Source: Geosiphon pyriformis uo1 (Eukaryota > Fungi > Glomeromycota). Taken from it: a DNA stretch of 64,000 nt. Both the position numbers and the translations under genes were made by a program. The notes under the pieces are model-generated. The model made no database searches, had not been told where the DNA came from, and saw only the letters and a list, made by a program, of their open reading frames with translations. The stretch lies in contig JAAOMT010000283.1 in the NCBI GenBank assembly GCA_016748015.1, forward strand, positions 314,108 to 378,107. The letters are read 5' to 3'. Below, one piece after another: positions 24,085 through 33,063 of this stretch; the stretch's first letter is position 1, and the number at the start of each line of letters is the position of its first letter.

Positions 24085-24215
24085 TTTTAAGTCTGTTGTG
24101 ATAATAATAATAATTTATTATAATTAAAGGTTTCTTTGCAAAAACTTATTTTTCAAATTTGAGGCATAGTAAATTGTGTGGTAGCAGTCAAAGAGAGAAA
24201 AAAAGTTTTTTTTTT

Positions 24216-27198
24216 GTGGTTAGGGTATATAATACTTGAGGCAAAATGAGTTTTGTATTCAAGAAACCAAATCTTTGTATTAGAGTTTTGGCTCTTTTAA
24301 AAATAGTTAAAACTCTTAAGACATCTAACCTTATAATACCCAAAATTTTTGTCTGTATCTCTGAAGCTGTTTTTTTCATGAGTTTCATATTCTCTATGAT
24401 TTTTCTAAAGTGACCATAGAGTTCTAATTGCCTTCTATATGACAAGTTTTTGTCTATGGTTAAGATTTTTTAGAGTGTTTTTCCAATTGTGCTGGAAGGT
24501 GGGAGTATAGCTACTATTATACTTTCCAACAGATATTTATTCATTTTGCTACCAATTCTTTCTCTTCTGGTAGTAGTTTTCTTTAGTCTAATAACAGTAT
24601 GTGTTCCACTGTTATCGGTTATGGTGGTTTGTTTTCCAATGGTCAGAATAGCATTTAGATAGTTTTTGATCCAATACTCATGAAGAGTATAGAAGGCATT
24701 TTGAATGTTTTGATCCAAAAAATAATTGTTCATGTCAATTGAAGATACCTCTGTTTTGGGAATGGTGCATTTATTTATACTTGATTTTTGTTGATCATTT
24801 GGGTCAGTATTACCACAACAGACAGCCAATCAGATTATTTATGATATTTCTTAAGTCATGTACTATAAACAGGGCGATCATTGAAGATTGTTCTGGATTG
24901 ATCTTGAAGAATATAAGAACCATTGTTCAAAACTTTGTTGACTATAAAAAATCCTTTCCACTTGCTAAAAAATTTATCATCATAAACATTGTCTTTATCA
25001 AAATAGTATTCTAGTACCAAGTTACCAACACTTAAAGAAAGTGTTTTATAGGTTTTCTTTCTTTTAAGCTTTTCTTGGAACTGTTTTAACTTTTTAAAAG
25101 CAATTATTTATGCTTCTACCAAGGAGTCAAAAATGGTACCAAGTCTTTTTTGCAAAATGTCTTTGTAATTTTCTATTGTGATTTCTTTAAAGGGTATTGT
25201 TTCAATATCAGTTTCTATTAGTAGTGTTGCCATGCATCCATAGAGCAGATAAAAAGGTTCATAACTTGTTATGTCATGATTCACAGTTCTATAAGCAAAC
25301 AAAGCTGAAGTCAGTACTTTGTTCCATAAGTTTGTTTCTTCACTGGTTTTGGCTAGAGTTTCACATAGTGTTTTATTGAAACGTTTCACTAGGCCATTTG
25401 TTTGGGGGTGATAAGGGGAGGAAAGTTTATAATGTATTCCCATTTTTCTACAAAGTTCTTCAACCAGTGTACTGAGAAAAGCTCTTCCTCTATCAGATAA
25501 AAGTTCTTTGGGGCAGCCATGATGGCAGATGATATCTTCATAAATGAAATTGGCTATTGAGACTGCTGTTTGGTCTGGGGTGGCTCTTGCTTCTACTCAC
25601 TTTGTAAGATAGTTGGTAGCTGTGATAATATATCTGTTGCTATCAGGAGTTATTGTTAAAAGTCTAACAACATCTATACCAATTCTGTCAAATGGTTGAC
25701 TAATAGAGATTGGATGGATATCTTCTTTGCAATTGGGTTTGCCTCTTCTTTGGCAGATGTTACAGGTTTTGATGTATTCAGCAATGTCTTTTCTCAAGGT
25801 AGGCCAATAATAGTGAGCTAAAGTTTTCTGAATTGTTTTTGTTTTTCCAAAGTGTCTAGCTAATGGGTCAATGTGCATGTTGTATATTACAATTTCTCTT
25901 TCTTCAAATCTGATGACTCTCTGGGGGCGGTCAGGGTCTTTTCTATTTCTTTTATATAGCTGGTTCTGGTGAATCAAATAGAAATTTGATTGTTTGTGCA
26001 AATGTTTTCTTTGCTGTCGAGTGTATTCCAGTGAGTATTGTTCTTTACCCAAAAATTCCATTAAGGCAGAGTAATTGTCTAAGTCTATTATCATGTTTGT
26101 TTGTAAAGAAGTTACTAATAATTAAGTTGGTTTGGTTTGAGAAATTGTACTATCACTAGATGGTAAGTCTAGAGAAAGCATCAGCATTTTGATGATTTGC
26201 TCCTTTGTGGTGTTGAATATTATAGTCAAATTCATCCAAGTAGAGTATCCACCAAGTTATTTGTTTGTGTTCCAGCTTCTTTTTATTGCACAGCCAAACC
26301 AAGGCTTGATGATCTGTTACCATTAAAAATTTTGCACCAAGAAGATATTGATCCCAGTAGTTAGTAGTCAAAACTACTGCTAAACATTCTTGTTCAGTAA
26401 CTGAATAGTTCTTTTCTGCTGGTGTGAGAGATCTACTGGCATATGCTATGGCATGTTCTCTGCCATTTTCATTTTTCTGTGAAAGGACAGCACCAAGTCT
26501 ATAGCCAAATGTATCAGTGTGGAAGATAAAAGGTTGGTCCAAATCAGGTTGTTTGAGAATTGGTTCAGTAACAAGTTTTTCCTTCAGAATTTTAAAAGTT
26601 TTTTGTTGATGAGTGCTCCAGTGGTAATTGACATTTTTCCTGAGTAGCTGATTGAGAAGAAAGGCAATTTTGGAGAAATTCTTAATAAATTTGTGATAGT
26701 AAGAGGCCAAACCAAAGAAAGAGTGTAGTTCAGAAACATTTATTGGTTGTCTAATGTTTTAAACTTTTTTAACTTTAGCTGAGTCAGGGAAGATTCCATC
26801 TTTTGTAATAAAATGACCAAGAAATTGAATGGATTGGCATCCAAAAAAAGATTTAATTGGGTTGATCTTAAGGCCAGCATTTTTTAGCAGGTCAAAAACC
26901 TTCTGTAAATGTTCAAGGTGTTTATCCCAGGTTTTTGAATATACTATTATGTCGTCCAAGTAAACCAGAACAAAGTTTTTTTTTACAGATTCAAACACTT
27001 TATTCATTAGGCATTGAAAGGTGGGAGAAGCATTGGTGAGACCAAAAGGCATGACTGTGAATTCATAGGTGCCATACTTGGTAATAAAGGCAGTTTTCTT
27101 TCTGCTTTCTGGATCCATCTCTACTTGCCAAAATTCAGCAGTTAAATCAATGGTTGAGAAGAAAGCATTGCATCAATTTTGGGAAGTGGATACATGTC
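24216..27198 (-). mobile_element. pol: LTR-A internal fragment A2 (RT-RH-IN-ORF3)
   Basis: ORFs 26759..27118 (YLDD), 26156..26710 (RNase H), 25597..26094 and 25108..25443 (IN), 24470..24829 and 24188..24445 (ORF3). Confidence 0.92.
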
Positions 27199-27522
27199 TT
27201 TTTTTTTTGTTAACGTGTAGCCATGCCGGTTATTTATTAGTTATTCCACAGTAATGTGGCAGTTTCATAAAGCCAGCTCACCCAATATTACATATTACAA
27301 GATGCAGCTAACCACAAGTGGAAAGCCCTAACTACACACTAGTACTACCTTTGCTATCTTACCCATAATGCATACAAGTTTGTGACTACTCTTAACAAGA
27401 CTGCTCATCCACTTAGCAGTCTGATCTGGATCGGACTTGATATTAAAGGATTGAACCTCTCATAACTCCATCATCACATCAAATATATCATCATAGACTG
27501 AAAAATCTTTAGCATCACCATT

Positions 27523-27554
<32 letters not shown>

Positions 27555-29609
27555 TGTCTTTATTATCAGATATGTTATATTGTACCTTCCTACTTCTCAA
27601 CTTGAGGGCCTCCACTTCCTTTTGCAGCACAGAAGCCACAGCACAAACAGCCTTAATTTGGTTTCCCAATCCAATCACACTTTTCTTCATTGCCTCAGCC
27701 ATAACTGGTGGAGTAGACAATAACGTAGTAACTAATGCAACCAAAGAACCCACAGGCTCAACTATAGATTTAATCAACAAAGACAGTTCACTAAGTTGGG
27801 TTTCCAGAGAAGCCAATCTAGAATTAACAGCAACATCTAAACCAGAAAAGGCAACCAGCAACAGCGGCACCACAATCTTGGGGGAGGTACTGAAAGCCAG
27901 ACCCGTATCAGCAGCAGCAGCAACAGGAGGAACCACAGAAGTGGCAGCTTTGGCATAAGATTTAGCTCCAACGTGGGATGACTTGAAAATGATGGGACCA
28001 CCAGCATAATTAGAAGAGAGTTTGGGAGAGAGAGGTGGCAACACCTTGCAGTCCACAGCCAAATGATCTAAACTTTGACATCTATAGCAGCGACGACATC
28101 CAAGAGTTTCCCACCAGATGCAGCAGCCACGTAAGGTACTGGTTTTTGAAACAGCAGCATTCAAAGATTCCAAGGAACCAAAAATCACTACTGCAAAGTG
28201 TTGACGTCGATAGGAATCAGGGGAGTGGGGAATGAAACACGTACAGCCACCAACTTGGGAGACCAGATCACTTATCTCAAAAGCAGTGCAGCCAAATGGA
28301 AAATTAACCAGCTTAGCTTTGAAAGCATCTCTTGAAGAAATAATTTCCTTTTGGTTGGCAATGGGAAGAATCCTAACACTATTTTTTCTGACCAACACAG
28401 ACCAGTTAGAGAGAGCAGCAGCAGCAGAAGAAGTGTCCTTAAAGTTAACCACAGCATATTGCCATAAGCCAGCAGGCTTCAATTTAACAGAAGTGACAAC
28501 ACCAAAAATGCCAAGAGCAGATTTGATGTCATCAGAAGAGGCACCCAAGGGTACATTGCGCAGTGCAACTGACAAAGAAGGAGAAGAAACAGAGGCCACT
28601 CCTGAAGACCGTGCAATCTTAAGAGTGGTCAAAAAAACCTCATCACCAATGGCCACCTTGGTAGCACCATTTAGACACTCCTGAGATGCAAATTCCACAC
28701 AGAACAACTTGACAGCATCTTGTGAAACCGATTTAAGCCCAATACAACCAGGCAGCAACTGAAACAAAGAACTAAGCAAAGCCATCTTGATCTTAAACAT
28801 AGCACTAGGTACAAGATTGGAGGCCACCCAACCAGAGAATCTTTGATGTCCATTCACATTCACCCAAGCACCAGCATCAGATGCACCAGAAACTGGGAGG
28901 GGAACAGTTGATTCCATTTCCATCTGATCAGCCCAATCTTTGAGATCATCTGGATCAATGGACTGTTTTGCTACTGGGATTGGCGATGATCTGCCAGAGA
29001 GTACCACATCAGGCAACACAGCCAGTGGTTGATCTTGGCCCATCTTGGGAGATGTGCCGCTGCTGTTGCCATCCATATCAGGAATAGGGCTGGCTGCTGC
29101 TGTGGAGATCTTACTAAAGATCTCATCTGGAACCACAAAGGGGTTTGGTGTGACCATAGTAGTTGCAACTATCTGCTGCTGTTTTTTGGAATTTTTTGCT
29201 TTTGCAGCCATTTGTGAAGCAGTAGTAGTAGAAGTAGTAGTAGTGGGAGTGGTAAAAGCAGGAAAGACCAATTTGTTGACTGGTTTGTTATTAAAAATCT
29301 TTGGGCTCTTTGAAGTGGTAGAGACAACACTAGGACTAACCCGAGTGTGCCTTTTTGAAGGGACTTTGACTGGAGAAGAACTTCCAGCCAAAGGAGAAAA
29401 AAATGAACCAGAAGCTGCTAAAGACAGCTTATTACTATTATTTTTTAAAGGAAATGTTGCCAGAATGTTTTGTCTAGCTGCTTCAATAACAGAGAGACCC
29501 TCTTGTGTTGAAACTTTATTAGTTAGTATAGGAAAAGTAACGTTTGCAACTTTTTTACTCTTAACTCTATTCGTGGTCATGAAATTTAGGAGAGAAAGAG
29601 TTGTTTTTT
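27199..29609 (-). mobile_element. ORF1-only element H8 (best preserved; flanks do not form a TSD)
   Basis: Poly(A) at 27199, 5' leader at 29581-29609, near-complete ORF. Confidence 0.95.
27460..29580 (-). CDS. L1-type ORF1 protein of H8, 706 aa from MTTNR (premature TGG>TGA stop ~45 codons before the family C-terminus)
   Basis: S/T/P-rich N-terminus; RRM-like repeats (SVALRNVPLG…LWQYAVVNF; KAKLVNFPFG…FAVVIF); CYRCQSLDHLAVDC knuckle; KSYAKAA motif; heptad region RLASLETQLSELSLLI; poly-Asp. Confidence 0.85.
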
Positions 29610-30535
29610 CCTCACAAATGCTTCTCCCATCTTTCAACGCTTAATGGACAAAGTATTTGAATCAGTAAAAGAAAACTTTGTTCTAGTCTACTTGGATGAC
29701 ATAATGATATACTCAAAAACCTGGGATGAACACCTTGAACATTTGCAAAAAGTTTTTGACCTCCTTAGAAATGCTGGCCTCAAGATCAATTCAATCAAAT
29801 CATTTTTTGGATGTCAATCCACCCAGTTCCTTGGCTATCTTATTATAAAAAATGGAATCTTCCCTGATCCAGCCAAGATTGAAAAAGTTTAAAACATTAG
29901 ACAACCAATGAATGTTCATGAACTATGCTCTTTTCTTGGTTTGGCCTCTTATTATCACAAGTTTGTTAAGGATTTCTCCAAAATCGCTGCTCCTCTCAAT
30001 CAGCTACTTAGGAAAAACATCAATTATCACTGGGGCACTCATCAACAAAAAGCATTTGAAATTCTGAAAGAAAAACTGGTTACAGAATCCATCCTCATGC
30101 AACCTAATCTGGATCAACCTTTTATCCTCCATACTGATACATCTGGCTATGGACTTGGTGCTGTTCTTTTCCAGAAAGATGAAGATGGCAGGGAACATGC
30201 CATAGCATATGCCAGTAGAACTCTCACACCAGCAGAAAGGAACTACTCAGTCACTGAGCAAGAATGCTTAGCAGTAGTTTGGGCTACCAGCTACTGGGAC
30301 AAATATCTTAAGGGTGTAAAATTTTTGGTGGTAACAGATCACCAAGCTTTGGTTTGGCTACACAACAAAAAAAACCTGGAACATAAACGGATAACTCACT
30401 GGATACTCCACTTGGATGAATTTGACTATGACATTCAACACTGCAAAGGAGCTAATCATCAAAATGCCGACGCTCTCTCCAGACTTACCATCCAGTGATA
30501 GTAAAACCCTCTCAAACCAAACCAACTTAATTATT

Positions 30536-30585
30536 NNNNNNNNNNNNNNNNNNNNNNNNNNNNNNNNNNNNNNNNNNNNNNNNNN
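30536..30585. other. Assembly gap (50 N)
   Basis: Run of n. Confidence 1.
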
Positions 30586-31001
30586 GTGACATTATCACAC
30601 AAATAGAATTGAGAAACTCACGAAAGACTGATTGCAATTAAAGCGGGATATCAGCAATTAAATATAACAAAAAAACCATCCCATAACATTTGGGGAACCC
30701 TATGAGGAAAGAAAATCAAAAAAGAAATAATAATTAGCAATAATTCATTGCTAAAAAGGAAAAAACAAAAGTGGCAACAAAAACCCCTAATCTTACTGTT
30801 CTTGAATTCTGCCGTGCTATTTACACACAAAATCAAAGTGATCTTGGATTACCAGAAGGGTGTTGTCCAGCAGAATCTGCCCTCACTTATTATATCAATG
30901 CCAGAATAAATTATCATATAGGAAAGAAAGAAGAACCACACGACGCAAAACTTGGATTGTATAGAGAATTATCACAATACACTACAAAAGAAGTAGCAGT
31001 A

Positions 31002-31020
31002 AGATGTGTATAAGAGACAG
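31002..31020 (+). other. Nextera/Tn5 mosaic-end adapter (library artefact)
   Basis: Exact 19-mer AGATGTGTATAAGAGACAG at the junction of unrelated sequence and integrase. Confidence 0.97.
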
Positions 31021-31759
31021 GTATACTGGTTGAAGAACTTTGCAGAAAAATGGGAATACATTATAAACTCTCTTCCCCTTATCACCCCCAAACAAATGGT
31101 CTAGTGGAACGTTTCAATAGAACACTATGTGAAACCCTAGCCAAAACCAGTGAAGAAACCAACCTATGGGACAAAGTATTGCCTTCAGCTTTGTTCACCT
31201 ACAGAACTGTGAATCATGACATAACAAGTTATGAACCCTTTTATCTGCTCTATGGACGAATGGCAACTCTACCAATAGAAACAGATATAGAAACAATATC
31301 TTTTGAAGAAATAACAATAGGAGATTACAAGGACATTTTGCAAAGAAGACTTGGTACCATTCTTGACTCATTGGTAGAAGCATAGATAATTGCCTTTGAA
31401 AAGATAAAACAGTTCCAAGAGAAGCTCAAAAAGAAAAAGACCTATAAAACACTTTCCTTAAGTGTTGGTGACTTAGTTTTGGAATACCGTTCAGACAGAG
31501 ACAATCTCTATGGTAATAAATTCTCCAGCCGCTGGAAAGAACCTTTTATAGTCAACAAAGTTTTGAAAAATGGTTCATATATCCTACAAGATCAATATGG
31601 AACAATATTTAGTGATCACCCTGTTCATGGCACACAACTCAAAAAATATCACAAACGACCTGATTGGTTATCTGTTGTGGTAATACTGACCCAAATGATC
31701 AGCAAAAATCAGATATAAATAAATGCACCATTTCCAAAACAGAGGTATCTTCAATCGAC

Positions 31760-32416
31760 ATGAACAATTATTTCCTGGATCAAAACATTCAAAATGCTTT
31801 CTATACTCTCCATGAGTACTGGATCAAGAACTATCCAAATGCTACTCTGACTATTGGAAAACAAACCACCATAACAGACAACAGTGGAACTCACACTGTT
31901 ATCAGACCAAAGAAAACAACTACCAGAAGGGAAAGAATTGGTGGCAAAATGGATAAATACCTGCTGGAAAGCATAATAGCAGCGATACTTTCACCTTCCA
32001 GCACAATTGGAAAAACAATACAAGAAATCTTGCCCATAGACAAAAACTTGTCATATGGAAGGCAACTAGAACTCTATGGTCGTCTTGGTGAAATCATAGA
32101 AGAAATGAAACTCATGAAGAAAACAACTTCAGAGATACAAGTGGAAATTTTGGGCATTATACGTTTAGATGTCCCAAGAGTTTTAACCATTGCAAGAAGA
32201 GCCAAAACTCTTATACAAAGATTTGGTCTCTTGGATACAAAGCTTATTTCGCCTCAAGTACTATATACTTTATTCACAAAAGACTTCAACAAACTAGTTA
32301 GTTTTGAGTTAGACAAAACCCTTCAATTAGAATACCCTATAAATAGCTTGATTTTGCCGGAGCTCAATCTCTTTGGAGAGGATGATGTTACAGTTAAAAC
32401 CTATAATTTTTATTAG
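31760..32416 (+). CDS. LTR-A ORF3, 218 aa, unknown function
   Basis: Uninterrupted from MNNYFLDQ; between the IN stop and the 3' LTR, with its stop inside the LTR; homologs in 4 copies. Confidence 0.7.
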   Translation: MNNYFLDQNIQNAFYTLHEYWIKNYPNATLTIGKQTTITDNSGTHTVIRPKKTTTRRERIGGKMDKYLLESIIAAILSPSSTIGKTIQEILPIDKNLSYGRQLELYGRLGEIIEEMKLMKKTTSEIQVEILGIIRLDVPRVLTIARRAKTLIQRFGLLDTKLISPQVLYTLFTKDFNKLVSFELDKTLQLEYPINSLILPELNLFGEDDVTVKTYNFY

Positions 32417-32476
32417 TTATCACATGTATTAGTCACTGATGTCATATAATTAGCCACTTTATTTTTAGATAGTAAT

Positions 32477-32546
32477 CATTGACCTGATCAATGATCTGAC
32501 TGTTGACCTGATCATTGACCTAGTCGTTGACCTGGTCATTGACCAC
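32477..32546 (+). repeat. 12-bp tandem repeat (tgatcattgacc-like) in LTR-A U3
   Basis: About 6 degenerate units here, more at 53564-53668, and only 1-2 at ~39600 and ~48890. Confidence 0.75.
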
Positions 32547-33063
32547 TTTTAATAGCTATATAAGCAATGAGTCTCTTAGCTGTAGAAAATCATCTCTCAG
32601 ACAAGAATCAAATAAATAAAAATAACAACTTTCATCTCAATCACTCTTTTATCACTAATTTTTCTTTCCCTACCTTCAAGTATCCAAACATCTTAGGATA
32701 AAAGATTACTTGTTGGCCTTTTCCTGTTTGAATAACTGTAGTATTTGAAGACTATTTGTATAAATGTGACTGAAGAGCACAAGTTGATACCTGATATTGA
32801 ATTCTAAGAGCGCCGATGTGAGGCATAGAATTATACTAGTGGTGATCAATTGTTGACAGTACAGACTATCCCTCTACCTTCAGATTTCCCAGTTATCTTT
32901 GAAAAGAATAGCAACTGAGATATTTTATGAGACTGATCTTGCACATTGAATCCATACTCATTCAATTTGCTCTTTATAGTTGAATTCCTCTTTGATTATT
33001 TCTATCACCCTACAATCCTGTTCTCCCTTGCTATCCATTAGCTTGTTACTTTAACCCGTAACA

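Larger units (their letters stand above)
8966..24215 (-). mobile_element. L1-like LINE copy L1 (ORF1 plus start of ORF2), split by LTR-A copy A1; pieces 8966-10192 and 22400-24215; 3' part missing
   Basis: ORF1 with RRM (VLVRDIPLGISDKEVRAAIKKFGKV) and knuckle ([C]HFCYQMGHLVSKC); APE domain downstream. The pieces rejoin across TSD gtat and match the unbroken copy at 50621-50690. Confidence 0.88.
29610..33063 (+). mobile_element. LTR-A partial copy A3 (RT-RH, gap, IN C-terminus, ORF3, 3' LTR 32386-33063)
   Basis: ORFs 29644..29892, 29908..30498, 31050..31385 and 31479..31718; PPT 32375-32385. Confidence 0.9.

Noticed and set aside
24084-24170. Spliced upstream ATG or non-AUG (GTG) start for LINE ORF1
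   Set aside because: Both copies show GTG, but the upstream region is too decayed to establish an intron or frame from two copies.
27460-29637. 725-aa ORF as a host RNA-binding gene starting at 29637
   Set aside because: The first 19 codons come from flanking pol antisense sequence and the A-leader; the family start is the ATG at 29580; multicopy with TSDs and poly(A).
29045-29644. Recurrent ~190-220-aa hydrophobic antisense ORF at the 5' end of ORF1-only copies (ORF0-like; also 6113..6721, 15462..16127, 36199..36744, 49676..50245)
   Set aside because: It lies in the antisense frame that shares wobble positions with ORF1, where stops mainly need sense Tyr or T|CAx codons, which are scarce in this S/T/P-rich region. 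It mostly has a TTG start and no stop inside the element. Best explained as a shadow ORF, as are the other antisense ORFs.
30771-31013. 80-aa ORF as extra cargo of LTR-A, or a real Tn5 insertion
   Set aside because: Lies between an N gap and a Nextera adapter and is absent from all other copies; artefact.
31664-32416. Calling ORF3 an env gene
   Set aside because: No signal peptide, furin site or C-terminal transmembrane helix is visible; only its position resembles env.
32477-32546. Short regular repeats as a CRISPR array
   Set aside because: No unique spacers, degenerate 12-bp tandem units inside an LTR, eukaryotic context.
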